Shown: positions 40,989-56,352 of the stretch, in pieces
Layout of the letters: each line of letters starts with the position of its first letter
How positions within the stretch are numbered: position 1 is the first letter of the stretch
Source of the DNA: Octopus vulgaris
Taxonomy: Eukaryota
Direction of reading: 5' to 3'
NCBI GenBank assembly: GCA_951406725.2
Contig: OX597834.1
Coordinates: 27,404,001-27,468,000 of the forward strand
Length of the DNA: 64,000 nt
Made by a program: the position numbers and the translations under genes
Notes under the pieces: model-generated
What the model was told of the DNA's origin: nothing
The model's database searches: none
What the model saw: the letters and a program-made list of their open reading frames with translations, nothing else

Positions 40989-41354
40989 AACACACACATA
41001 CACGCATTCACACACACATACACATACACACACAAATATATCCACATTCAGACAGCGAAAGAAAGCCATCCAGGTTCTGATTAGAATGCAGCGTGGCCCT
41101 TTTAATATCAAACATCTGTTCGACTGCCCCTCCTTTCTCCGACAGCGTCTAACGATAGGAGCAGGGCCAAATGACCCTAGATATGTCAATATTTTCTGTC
41201 AGACACTCACTAAGGAGGAGAAACAGATAGCTTAAGGAGGTACGGGCAGGGGTTGTGTAGGGCCTTGTTGCTCTATGTTAAGTGGTACTGCTGTCTGTCT
41301 TTCCTGGAGTATAATACAAATGCGTATATATCTACACACACGCGCACGCAAACG

Positions 41355-41399
<45 letters not shown>

Positions 41400-41584
41400 T
41401 TATTCTCATTCTCTCGATATATACACATACACATATATCATAGATATACACACATCTATGTGAGTGTGTATGTGTGTGTGTGTGCGTGCGGGCGTCTGTG
41501 TGTATGTGTGTGTGTGTGCGTGCGGGCGTCTGTGTGTATGTGTGTGTGTGTATGTATGTTTGCATATATACATACATGCATGTA

Positions 41585-41660
<76 letters not shown>

Positions 41661-41666
41661 TGAATG

Positions 41667-41702
<36 letters not shown>

Positions 41703-41724
41703 TACATACATTCATTCATGTATA

Positions 41725-41778
<54 letters not shown>

Positions 41779-42669
41779 GATAGATAGATAGATATAGATA
41801 TATATATATATATATATATGAATTCATATGTGTATATAATATACATATGTGTATATGTACGTATATAAATACACATACACACATACACACACACATACAT
41901 ATCTGCATACATTTCTTCTGACAACATTCTTTCTCTCATCAATTCGCGTGCGCGTATTTGTAAGTGTGTGTGTGTGTGCGTGTGTGTGCGTGCGTGTGCG
42001 TGTGCGTGTGTATGTGTGTGTGTGTATGCATACTTAGTGCTTATATCCAGTCAGTTGGACATCCTGTCATAGAACGAAAGAAAGAAACCAGTTAAGACAG
42101 AACGCCACGACAGGATTGCCCCGATTCTGCTAGAAATAGATGCTATGTCCTATTCATACCCCACCCTACCTACACTCTGTGGATAAATAGTAGATTCACT
42201 CCAAGATATTTATACTATGTCTGAACACATCAAACAGAAAATAACATGGAACAGTCGCCATTAGAACGCCTTGAGCCTTAATCCCAGATTATCCCCGGTA
42301 TTGTTAGGTCAAGGCTAACATGATGGATGGGTAAACTAGCTGCAACAATAGCAACGACAACAACAGCAATAACTAGCCAACCGGGACACTTCCTTCTCCA
42401 GAGAACCATCCCAATCAGCGAGATAGTGGAAACCCATTCGCTCAGCGCCACAGTAAACACAGCATATTTCTCTCTCTCTCCCCCTTCTCTCTCTCTCTGT
42501 TTTTCTTTCTCTCTTCCTCTTTGTCTTTCTCTCTCTCTCTCTCTCTTCTTCTTCTTCTTCTTCTTCTTCTTCTTCTTCTTCTTCTTCTTCTTCTTCTTCT
42601 TCTTCTTCTTCTTCTTCTTCTTCTTCTTCTCTGTCTGCCTATCTCTCTCGCGCTTTACCCAAAACTTAT

Positions 42670-42893
42670 ACCTATTTCTTTATTACCCACAAGGGGCTAA
42701 CCATAGAGGTGACAAACAAGGACAGACATAGGTATTAAGTCGATTACATCGACCCCAGTGCGTAACTGGTGCTTAATTTATCGACCCCGAAAGGATGAAA
42801 GGCAAAGTCGACCTCGGCGGAATTTGAACTCACAACGTAACGGAAGACGAAATACTGCAAAGCATTTCGCCCGGCGTGCTAACATTTCTGCCA
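42670..42893 (-). mobile_element. SINE family A with TSD CAAAACTTATACC
   Basis: Duplicated flanks. Confidence 0.9.
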
Positions 42894-43254
42894 AAACTTA
42901 TACCAACTATCCTTAACTCTGGTTCATGTCTTCTGTTCCTCGCTTTTAGTTCCTCTTCCACGGATTTTCTCTAAATTAGTAATTCGTAACCGGGGTCCAT
43001 ATGGCCCCTGAGAATCAATATATGATTTTTGGGCTCTGCGCAACAAAACAGTAAATTAGAAATGCACAAAGGTACTTTAATGGCCCCTGAAAAAACTTTG
43101 CTGTAGATCATATGTATTGGTATATATTGCAAGAAACAGTAAGGTTTCTTTCTCTAACATTTTACATAGTTCAACCTACACAAGCTATTTATTGTATGAA
43201 AGACAAAATACGAATTTTGAAAGAAGTTTCTATAAAACTAGTTTGTAAACATCT

Positions 43255-43487
43255 GTTTCTTTATTACCCACAAGGGGTTAAACATAGAGGGGACAAACAA
43301 GGACAGACAAACGGATTAAGCCGATTACATCGACCCCAGTGCGTTACTGGTACTTAATTTATCGACCCTCGAAAGGATGAAAGGCAAAGTCGACCTCGGC
43401 GGAATTTGAACTCAGAACGTAACGGCAGACGAAATACGGCTACGCATTTCGCCCGGCGTGCTAACGTTTCTGCCAGCTCGCCGCTTT
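43255..43487 (-). mobile_element. SINE family A with 15-bp TSD, inside a decayed hAT-like element ending GGTTGAGAACCCCTG (~43570)
   Basis: TAGTTTGTAAACATC at 43239-43253 and 43489-43503. Confidence 0.88.
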
Positions 43488-43934
43488 ATAGTTTGTAAAC
43501 ATCGAATGGCTATGGGGATCCACCAAAAAAAAATTGTAATCAAAGAGGTTCAAATGGTTGAGAACCCCTGCTCTAAATGATTCTCAGGTGTCTTGCTCTT
43601 TTTCTCTCTGGGTGTTCCAATCCAAGTTTTGTCATTCCTTACCAAGCCAGTCCTCCTCTTATCTTATTCTAAGCCTACAACCTATCTATCTTCACCTAAC
43701 ATCTCGTTATTCGTTGGCTGATGGGTTCCTGTTTGGCTTTAGCCCAAAGTTCTTTGTTAATCACAGCTTCTGAATATTCAAAGCTTGAGACGTTTCGAAG
43801 TCCCTCTCAGCAAATAATTGAAGTTTTCCGGTGATATCTGCATTTACTCGCCATCACTTGGTACCAGAGAGCAAGGCGGGATCGATTCACTATTGAAGAT
43901 TGCATCAATTCATCCATCCATTCCCTCCGCCAAT

Positions 43935-44346
43935 TTACTCTTTTACTTGTTTCAGCCATTTGACTGCGGCCATGCTGGAGCACCGCCTTTAGTCGAGCAA
44001 ATCGACCCCGGGACTTATTCTTTGTAAGCCCAGTACTTATTCTATCGGTCTCTTTTGCCGAACCGCTAAGTGACGGGGACGTAAACACACCAGCATCGGT
44101 TGTCAAGCAATGCTAGAGGGACAAACACAGACACGCAAATATATACATACACATACATACATACATATATATACATATATACGACAGGCTTCTTTCAGTT
44201 TCCGTCTACCAAATCCACTCACAAGGCATCGATTGGCCCGAGACTATAGCAGAAGACACTTGCCCAAGATGCCACGCAGTGGGACTGAACCCAGAACCAT
44301 GTGGTTGGTAGGCAAGCAACTTACCACACAGCCACTCCTGCGCCTA
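43935..44346 (-). mobile_element. SINE family B with 42-bp TSD
   Basis: 43896-43937 is identical to 44349-44390. Confidence 0.92.
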
Positions 44347-44598
44347 TAAAGATTGCATCAATTCATCCATCCATTCCCTCCGCCAATTTATTGAAGATTC
44401 TGTGCTCAATATAAGATCATAGATCTTTGAATCAAGCCTGATCTAAGTGCAACAACATGCACACACCCAGCGAAGTGAAGGATCTACTCGCTTAGTAAAA
44501 TGATGTTAAATTTATTTAAATTTATATACCTTGTGTTATGCTATGCTGATGATTTCTTATAGGAATGAAATAGTGCTCTCACTCCCTCTCTCTTGCTC

Positions 44599-44646
<48 letters not shown>

Positions 44647-44789
44647 ACACACACACATACATATATATATATATGTATATATACACCAGTAACTGAGGTC
44701 GATATAATCGACTAGCTCTCTCTCCCCCTTCAAATTGTGGACCTTGTGCCAAATATAGAAAGAAAATTCTTATTATTCTTTTTCGTTTC

Positions 44790-45080
44790 TAATACAAAAT
44801 GGCTGACCGTTAGTAAATAACAAATAAGAATGACACACAAATAAGAATGAAGAAAGCAAAGGACCACTGATGAGGTCACAGAAGTGAGACGAAAGAACTC
44901 TGGCCGAAATAAGATTAAGATTAATGTAAAATATAAATAACGCTGAAGCAAATTAACACCAAATATATAGTGCGTGTGTTTTTATTGGCTAAACTGGCAA
45001 AATGACCATTCCTAAATACAACAACATCTGTTTCAACACACGATTTCACATCAAGAATCTTGCAAAACAAATATATAAAC
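44790..45080 (+). mobile_element. PLE-like fragment, non-inverted copy of the 23800-24255 family
   Basis: GGACCACTGATGAGGTCACAGAAG...CTGGCCGAAA...TTGGCTAAACTGGCAAAATGACC. Confidence 0.65.
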
Positions 45081-45414
45081 GTAATTTCGTGAAATCTTCT
45101 TGGAGTAATTCTAAGAGTTAATGTTTGCCATTCTTGCTAACATGGAAGCAATATTTAGGATATCACATGAAAACCATGACAGGAGCAGTCTGCTCTACCT
45201 TAAATATTTTTGATAAGATAAACCTCTCTCTCCTCCTAAACTGATTTATGTGGTGTATTCGCGGCAATAGAAGGTCAGAGATCATCTCCCTTTATCGACT
45301 CAGCTAAACAAAAGACTGCTTTATTAGTAGTAGTATTATTGTCTAATGCATTTCACCTGCTTACACAACACAGAGAAAGAGAGAAGTAGAGGCTAGAGAG
45401 GGAGCGAAGGAGTG

Positions 45415-45456
<42 letters not shown>

Positions 45457-45552
45457 AAAAGAGAGAAATAGAGAAAATGAGTGATATGTACATATATTCA
45501 GGCACATACACAGATATATACATACAAGCATATGTTTGTATATACGTATATA

Positions 45553-45628
<76 letters not shown>

Positions 45629-45993
45629 TAGATAGATAGATATAGATATATACACACATATATACACATACATATATATACATATATATATATATGCATA
45701 TATATATATTTCATATACATATACATAAACAGATGTATGTACATGAGTATATATATGTACGTATGTATATGTATATATGTACATAGAGGAAGGAAAGAAA
45801 AGGCAAAAGAGAGAAAGTAAAATATTTAAAGAGAGAGAAAAAGAGGGGACAGAGTGGAAGAGGGAGAGAGGAGGAAAAGAGTGAGAGTGCAGATTTACTT
45901 GGGGGTAATATGAGATAAGCCCGCATATACACGTACGCTACCATAGACACGCCCATTACAGCTCTACATATGTATAAGCACACACAGATATAC

Positions 45994-46143
<150 letters not shown>

Positions 46144-46180
46144 ATTTGTGTACATGTATGTACATTTACTTGGAAATTCA

Positions 46181-46270
<90 letters not shown>

Positions 46271-46509
46271 CGTGTATATTTATAAAAGTGTATGGGGCTA
46301 CACACACCACACACACACAAACATACACACAAAGATGCATGCACGCACACGCACGCGCTCAGGCACACACTCACACATTTGCAGTTTTATTTTACTTCGG
46401 GAATGTTCTTTCTTTTTATGCGTATAAAACAGGCTATGTACGAGTGTACATAAGTACATGCTTAAAATCACATACATAGAAGCACACACACACACACACA
46501 CACGTATAT

Positions 46510-47290
<781 letters not shown>

Positions 47291-47507
47291 CCCAGCATGT
47301 GTAAATATTTCTTTTAATACTATCACAGCATAGCAAAAGTAGTAAAATAAAATCCTAAGTAGGATATTTTCTTTATCCTTATTCAGATGATACTTCGTGT
47401 CTTAATTATTCATTCATTAAACTTAGTTGTTTATTGCACTGAAATAACTTCTTCATAAGCATTAACTAACATCGTTTAACAGCCACACAACCGTATACAC
47501 TCTAGAA

Positions 47508-47725
47508 CAGTGGTTTTCAACCAGGGTTCCGCGGAACCTTAGGGTTCTGCCAGTACAGTCCAGGGGTTCCGCAAGGAGATACAAAACTGCTAAAATCGGC
47601 AGTAATTTTTAATTCTCCTGTGCAGATATGTGTGCATAAGACTATTAAATTATTGCACAGGGGTTCCTCGAGCCAGTGGAATGTTTCCTTGGGGTTCCGC
47701 TCCAGCAAAAGTTTGAAAAGCACTG
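47508..47725 (-). mobile_element. hAT (Charlie-like) MITE, same family as 36450-36650
   Basis: TIRs present; 8-bp TSD CTCTAGAA at 47500-47507 and 47726-47733 fits the NTCTAGAN preference. Confidence 0.93.
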
Positions 47726-47842
47726 CTCTAGAAGATACAAGCACTTACGACAAACGCTTAAATGCAAAAACCATGCGGTAAACTTTCAAAAACAGTAGGT
47801 GATCTACAAATCAAACAAACCGACATCAAAATACAGCACTTT

Positions 47843-47894
<52 letters not shown>

Positions 47895-47964
47895 TCTCTT
47901 GGCCTCACTTTTTCCTGTAAAGAATCAATATATGAAGGGGAAATAATAGACCTTATGCGAAACA

Positions 47965-48005
47965 TTGCCTGATGAGCTATGTTGTGGAGAAACTACTAGT
48001 TGTAA
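47965..48005 (+). ncRNA. hammerhead-like motif
   Basis: UUGC-CUGAUGA-GCUAU GUU GUGGA-GAAAC UACUA GU-U-GUAA; G.A mismatch at the base of stem II. Confidence 0.5.
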
Positions 48006-48207
48006 AACATAAACGTAAAATCTGCAGCTGTTAATGTAATATATAGTATTCTGAAGACTTGTGTTGAGTTATTTGTTGCTTAATATCGCTTTTAAATTAT
48101 CTGTCTGTCTCTACCCATCCCTGCCAAAAGCGTGTGCACTTCAAACACATATATAGAAATATATATATACACATAAAGGCACATACACACACAATTATAC
48201 ACGCATG

Positions 48208-48251
<44 letters not shown>

Positions 48252-48599
48252 GGTACGTATGTATGTATGTATGTATGTATGTATGTATGTATGTATGTAT
48301 GTATGTATGTATGTATGCATGTATGTATATGTATAATCGTACGCACGTACGTACATGAGCGCAGACGTTTTACAAACAATGGGGTAAACGAATCTTCGAT
48401 AGGAATTGATAATACGAGAAACAACATCTCTGGAAAACAAAAACAAAAGCAACAACAGCAATAACAAATAAGACTGCTGCTACTACTACTACTACTACGA
48501 CGACGACGTCGATTACAAACGACTACTGCTATAACATAATGATCAGACAAGAGTAATGAAATAGATAAGCCAAGAAATAATTACGCATTATAAATGCAT

Positions 48600-48887
48600 A
48601 CATACCTAAGACATACATACATACATACATACATGTATGTATGTATGTATGTATGTATGTATGTATTTATGTATGTATGAATGTATGTATGTATGTATGT
48701 ATGTATGTATGTATGTATACATGTATGTATGTATTCATGTATGTATGTATGTATGTATTTATGTATGTATGTATGTATGTATGTATGTATGTATATATGT
48801 ATGTATGTATGTATGTGCGTATGTATGTATGTATGCCTGTATGTATGTACGTATGTATGTATGTATGTATGTATGTATGTACGTATG

Positions 48888-48921
<34 letters not shown>

Positions 48922-48990
48922 TGTATGTACGTATGTATGTATGTATGTATGTATGTATGTATGTATGTATGTATGTATGTATGTATATAC
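48600..48990. repeat. (TATG)n microsatellite; another at 54340-54730
   Basis: Read directly from the sequence. Confidence 0.95.
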
Positions 48991-49251
48991 ACGCATACAC
49001 ACACACACACACACCCATAGACACAATAAAAGTCTGAAATCTAAGAGTGATTGAGTAGTTCGTGTGTTGGTATCTGAAGGTTCCGCCTCAACAGAGATCT
49101 CTCTCTTTCTCCTTCCCTCTCTCTCTCTCTTTCTCTCTCTCTCTCTTCCTTCCTTATTGGACAAAATAACAGAAAACAACGCAAAAGTATCTTCTAGTAT
49201 TTCTTGATAAGGCAAACATTTAAATAGCTATCTTTTACTTTTGGTCTTCCT

Positions 49252-49345
<94 letters not shown>

Positions 49346-49516
49346 CAATAGTAGTAGTAGTAGCAGCAGCAGCAGCAGCAGTAGTAGTTGTGGTAGTAGT
49401 AGCAGCAGCAGCAACAACAACAATAACACCAGCAGCAAAAGCAGCAGAAGCAACAGTTGTAGTTGTAGTAGTTGCAATAGATGGCGGCGTTCCAGCCGTG
49501 ATCATCCTATTTTCTG

Positions 49517-49696
<180 letters not shown>

Positions 49697-50576
49697 CAAA
49701 ATGGGGCAAGAACGCAAAACATCCAGACAGTTGGGTGATACGAAAAAGGGACAACAAAACACCCAGACACAAAGAAAACAAGGACGGGTATAGAACAGTA
49801 TAGAACTGTATAGAAGCCCATTGGATTGATGGTACCCGTAATTCAAAAGATACAGTTTTGTTCCACTGTCTCACGTTGATTCTGTTCGGGAATTATCTGA
49901 AGGGTACACGTGCCTTAGGAATACTCAGCCACTTAACATTTTTATTCAGGAGGAGGTAATTCAGTTGATCGAACAAATGCATTATCGTGGTCAGGTCAAT
50001 CGACGGAGATCCACCACAAACTGGTCCTACCTAAGAGAGCCGGCAAGTTATCATATAACCGGCTAAAAATAGAAGCTAATCCCCTCATAAACATGTCCTT
50101 TTTGTCGAAAGGTACCTGTTGTTATTCTTCTTTGTATTTGTTATCATGTAACATTTTCTCCGTTTTCTTGTTTTTCATCCGTGTTGACGCACATATTCAC
50201 CCGCTTTCTTCGCAAAATTTAATGACATTAGCTTAGAATTTGGGGGCCTACCAATTTTGAACAGTTTCAAGTCTAAAAGGCCGAAACTGTAGTGATAATT
50301 GGAAGCTTGACTGATGAATAGAAACCAACGAATGTTCCGTCCTGGTTTTCCTGTCAGACCTTGTATCTTCCATCTGTCTGTATGTTTTCATTGTCATCCG
50401 CTGCATTCTTATTCCATTTTTTTGGATTGATATATATATTTATATATATATATATATATATATATTGGCCTGTCCGCTTAGCCAGCGGGTTGGCGACATT
50501 TGAAGGCTAAAACAATGCAAAGCGCATTGTGACGAGCGATGTGTAGCAACATCTGATAGCCTGGTCAGTCACGGTC

Positions 50577-50719
<143 letters not shown>

Positions 50720-50841
50720 ATAAGTACTAGGTTTACAGAGAATAAGTCCTGGGGTCGATTTGCTCGACTAAAGGCAGCGTTCCAGTTTGGCCATTGTCAA
50801 ATGACTGAAACAAGTAAAAGAATAAAAAATACATACATATG

Positions 50842-50885
<44 letters not shown>

Positions 50886-51013
50886 CACACAAATATACGT
50901 ACATATACACATATCCTAAGAGCATTTATAAAATGCACACAAATATATAAGTATGTATGTATGTATATGTGTGTATGTATGTATGTATGTATGTATGTAT
51001 GTATGTATGTATG

Positions 51014-51044
<31 letters not shown>

Positions 51045-51256
51045 GTATAGAAACCACTATGCGTTCACTCTAGTTGCTAGAAATAAAAGCCAAATGTCTC
51101 TGAAAACTTACTATAAAACTTACTTCAGGAGAGAAATAAAGAAAAAAAGAAGCTTAAAATTACGGGATGGTCATATCTGGGAAGCCTTTGATCGTATGAC
51201 TACCGAAGCGTAGTTCGGATCTGGAGCTAAACAGCAACAACAACCTACTACTGCTT

Positions 51257-51333
<77 letters not shown>

Positions 51334-51382
51334 ACTGCTGCTGTTGCTACTACTACTGCTGCTGCTGCTACAGCTGCTGTTG

Positions 51383-51432
<50 letters not shown>

Positions 51433-51451
51433 GCTGCTGCTACTGCTGTTG

Positions 51452-51486
<35 letters not shown>

Positions 51487-51514
51487 GCTGCTGCTACTGC
51501 TGTTACTACTACTA

Positions 51515-51590
<76 letters not shown>

Positions 51591-51734
51591 ATCGACGTCA
51601 GCGACAACAACAACAACAACAACAACAACGACTACCACTGGTCACGTTAAAACCTGCTACTTACACTGACCAGTGTGGCTAATTAAAAAAAAGCGTTAAA
51701 CAATCGAGCAACCCTGGCTATTCCTGGCCTAACT

Positions 51735-51764
51735 GTGACGTCACGGCTATCTCCAGTGACGTCA
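51735..51764. promoter_or_regulatory. two perfect CRE sites (TGACGTCA) 21 bp apart
   Basis: TGACGTCA at 51736-51743 and 51757-51764; further TGACGT cores at 51594-51600 (minus) and 51825-51831. Confidence 0.6.
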
Positions 51765-51994
51765 GCCAGGCTAGGAAAAAGCCCAGTGGATATATTGTGG
51801 TGTCGCTATTCATTTTATATGACATGACGTGCACAGCAACTGCTTCCTACATGTGCTGTGCGTATTAAAGACGCATGCGTGTATGCGTATGCGCGTGCGT
51901 CTATATATACGAAAATGCGTGGAGGCAATCCCTTATCCTATTGTTATATATCTATATATTTTTTTCATCTTATACCTCTATTCTTTCTTTGGAT

Positions 51995-52027
<33 letters not shown>

Positions 52028-52295
52028 GCTTGCGTATAGATGCATGTGTATACAAACATACAATTACACTTATATCAATAAACGAAAATATAAAGTGCGC
52101 GTTTCATTCCCGCGCATTCTTAATATACATTTTTTTTTTTTTTTGCGTCGAGGGTTTTACCTGCCCACGGATTACACTATTTGCTATTACGGTGAACACT
52201 CATTCTCTTTGTTCGACATTTACGTATAAATCTGCACATACATACATGCATACATACATACATACATACATACATACATACATACATACATACAT

Positions 52296-52326
<31 letters not shown>

Positions 52327-52419
52327 TATACATACATACATGCATACATACATACATACATACATACATACATACATACATACATACATACATACATACG
52401 TGTATATAAGTGTGTGTGT

Positions 52420-52750
52420 GTGGAGGCGCAATGGTCCAGTGGTTATGGCGGCGGACTCGCGGTCGGAGGATCGCGGTTTCGATTCCCAGACCGGGCTTTC
52501 TGTGTGTTTATTGAACGAAAACACCCAAAGCTCCACGATTCTCCGGCAGGGGGTGGTGGCGACCCCTGTTGTACTCTTTCACCCCAACTTTCTCTCAATC
52601 TCCCTTCCTGTTTCTTGAGTAACGCTGCGATGGACTGGCATCCCGTCCAGCTGGGGGGAACACACGCGCCGCAGAAACCGGGAAATCGGGCCCATGAGCC
52701 TGGCTAGGTTTGAAAAGGGCGCATAAATAAATAAATAAGTAAATAAATAA
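52420..52750 (+). mobile_element. SINE family C, tail variant with (TAAA)n
   Basis: Family C head; 3' part related to variant 2. Confidence 0.85.
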
Positions 52751-52919
52751 ATATGTATGTACGTATGTGTGTGTCTCTGCATGTATGTATTTATATAAAC
52801 TTACTTGGAAATAGATGTGTGGCGTTCACTTAAACAATAATATAAGTAATATAAATACATATATCATTTATATTATTATATATTTATATAAATGCATATA
52901 TACAAGCTTGTTTCCCATT

Positions 52920-53990
52920 CGGGTTCAGTTCCACTGTGCGGCGCTGTGTTCTACTATAGCCTCAGGCCAACCAAAGCATTGTGGATAGATTTGGTAGGCG
53001 CAAACTGAAAGAAGCCTGTCGTATAATGTATATATGTGTGCGCGTTCGCGTGTGTTTTTGTGTGCCTTTGTGTCAGTGTTTGTACCCCCCGCCATCGCTT
53101 GACAACCGGTGTTGATGTGTTTACATCCGCGCAACTTAACTGTTCGGCAAAGAGACAGATAGAAAAAGGTCTAGGCTTCAATAAAAATAAAAATAAAAGG
53201 AAATACTTGGGGCAATTCGACTAAATCTTCTTCAGCGTGGTGCCCCAGTATGACCGCAGTCTAATGACTCAAAAAGGTAAAAGATAATATATATATACAT
53301 ATGGCACCTTGGGCAAGTGTCTTCTACTATAGCCTCGGGCCGACCAAAGCCTTGTGAGTGGATTTGGTAGACGGAAACTGGAAGAAGCCTGTCGTATATG
53401 TGTATATATATATATGTGTGTGTGTGTGTTTGTGTGTCTGTGTTTGTCCCCCCAACATTGCTTGACAACCGATGCTGGTGTGTTTACGTCCCCGTAACTT
53501 AACAGTTCAGCAAAAGAGACTGATAGAATAAGTACTAGGCTTACAAAGAATAAGTCCTGGGGTCGATTTGCTCGACTAAAGGCGGTGCTCCAGCGTGGCC
53601 ACAGTCAAATGAAACAGTAAAACAGTAAAACATATATACTCTTTCACTTGTTTCAGTCATTTGACTGCGGCCATGCTGGAGTAATGCTTTTTTGTCTTTG
53701 TAAGCCTCGTGCTTATTCTATCGGTCCTTTTACAGGGACATTAACACGCAAACATCTGTTGTCAAGCGATGATGGGACACACACAGACACACAAATTTAT
53801 ACACACACACACACACACACACGCACACACACACACACACACACATATTTGACAGTCTTCTTTCAGTTTCCGTCTACCAAATCCACTCACAAGGCTATAG
53901 TAGAAGATACTTGCCCAAGGTGCCACGCAGTGGGACTGAACCCGGGACCATGTGGTTGGGTAGGAATCTTCTTACCACACAGCCACACCA
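52920..53990. mobile_element. three family B SINEs (plus 52920-53285, plus 53302-53630, minus 53638-53990)
   Basis: Similarity to the other family B copies. Confidence 0.82.
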
Positions 53991-54124
53991 ATACATACAT
54001 ACATACATACATACATACATACATACATACATACATACATAGTTACATACATATATACATCTACATACATACATACATACATACATACATACATACATAC
54101 ATACGTACATACATACATACATAT

Positions 54125-54155
<31 letters not shown>

Positions 54156-54369
54156 CATACTTACAATCATGCATATAAATATACATGTTTACATAACTCT
54201 CGCGCGCACACACGCACAAACACACACACATATACATAAACGTACGTACTACTATTTCTATCCCTGTATACACACACACACACACACACACACATTATAT
54301 GTCCTCTCAGCTCTGTGCATGTATTTGCGTATCTAGATGTATGCATGTATGTATGTAGATGTATGTATG

Positions 54370-54400
<31 letters not shown>

Positions 54401-54999
54401 GTATGTATGTATGTACGTACCTATATATGTATGAATGTATATATGAATGTATATATGAATGTATGTATGTATGTATGTATGTACGTACGTACGTATGTAT
54501 GTATGCATGTATGTAGATGAATGTATGTATGTACGTACATACGTATGTATGTATGTATGAATGTATATATGTATGTATGTATGTATGTAATTACGTACGT
54601 ATGTATGTATGCATGTATGTATGTATGTAGACGTATGTATGTACGTACGTACGTATGTATGTATGAATGTATGTATGTATGTATGTATGTATGTATGTAT
54701 GTATGTATGTATGTATGTATGTATGTATGTATGGGTCTGTGTATAAGCGAGTAATTCTATGTATAGCTGTGGGTGTATGTCTGTGCGTGCCTGTGTCAGC
54801 GAACGGACATGCTCGCACATGAATGCAAATAATAGCTCAACCGCTGTTGCGTGGGGGTTTCTTCAGCCAGCGGTCGATCACAACTCTGTGTCTATTGAAA
54901 TTACATTTAAAGCTATTTTTCTTCCGTTCGTCCACCAGCATCGACAATGAAACAGAGACGATGTATTAGGTTGTAACGAAAGTTCTGTCCACTATTGAC

Positions 55000-55201
55000 T
55001 CTCTTCTACTCTTTTACTCTTTTACTTGTTTCAGTCATTTGACTGCGGCCATGCTGGAGCACCGCCTTTAATCGAGCAACTCGAACCCGGGACTTATTCT
55101 TTTGTAAGCCCAGTACTTATTCTTTCCGTCTCTTTTGCTGAACCGCTAAGTAACGGGGACATAAACACACCAGCATCGGTTGTCAAGCAATGCTAGGGCG
55201 A

Positions 55202-55250
<49 letters not shown>

Positions 55251-55432
55251 ATATAGATACATATATACGACGGGCTTCTTTAAGTTTCCGTCTAACAAAT
55301 CCACTCACAAGGCTTTGGTCGGCCCGAGGCTATAGTAGAAGACACTTGCCCAAGGTGCCACGCAGTGGGACTGAACCCGGAAGCATGTGGTTGGTAAACA
55401 AGCTACTTACCACACATCAACTCCTGCGCCTA
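55000..55432 (-). mobile_element. SINE family B
   Basis: Full copy. Confidence 0.9.
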
Positions 55433-55801
55433 TTTATTTTAAAATACAAACCTGACATTTAATACCGCAAATTTAATCATCTTTATAATTTCCTTCATTT
55501 TTTTTTCTCTTACCATTTCTCTCTTTTTTTCAATGATTGATTTGAAGAATTCTCTGCGTTTGAATTAAAGAATAATTTAAAATTATTATTGTATTTCTAA
55601 GTCTTCGCCGCTGGTGGCCATATTTCCCATTCTATATGGGTTTGCTAGGTTCGTAAATTGCGACGGAATGACTCTGACGAACAAAGCTGATTGCTTGATT
55701 GACCGAATGACGAATCAAACAGGCGATTAATTAATTGGATAAATGTTTAACTTAGTTTTCTAATAATAGCAACAACAACGACAATAATATGGTGATGATG
55801 A

Positions 55802-55922
<121 letters not shown>

Positions 55923-56028
55923 AAGAAGAAGAAGAAGAAGAACAACAACAACAAGAAGAACAAGAAGAAGAACAAGAAGAAGAACAAGAAGAAGAAGAAT
56001 GACAATAATAATAATAATAATAATAATA

Positions 56029-56078
<50 letters not shown>

Positions 56079-56080
<2 letters not shown>

Positions 56081-56352
56081 GAGAATGATCCCTGGCTTAC
56101 CATTCCTGAAAGAAGTGCAAAAGATTGTCTTAACTGGTACATCAAACGTATTGAGAAGAGCATTGTCGATGTGAGAACTATTACTACCCATGTATTTTAA
56201 TTTAACTTTAAGAAAAAATTTAAAAAATGAACGAACTATTGAGTTTAGTTTAATGGCCTACCAATGTATACTATGAGTTTCTTTGCCCTAGGAGTCGGGA
56301 AGACACTCGGCAAGAAATGGAAGCAAATTTGAAATAAAAAAAAAAAAAAAAA
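56079..56352 (+). mobile_element. 5'-truncated R4/Dong-like retrotransposon 3' end in (TAA)n
   Basis: 56079-56174 encodes MRMIPGLPFLKEVQKIVLTGTSNVLRRALSM* (QK..L.GT..ILR terminus); 3' UTR CCCTAGG..GGGAAGACACTCG; A tail running into (AAT)n. Confidence 0.75.

Noticed and set aside
54964-54992. Mariner-like TIR TATTAGGTTGTAACGAAAGTT
   Set aside because: No partner TIR found.
55605-55622. CTCF-like motif TGGCCACCAGCGGCG (minus)
   Set aside because: Spacing is short of consensus; unsupported single match.
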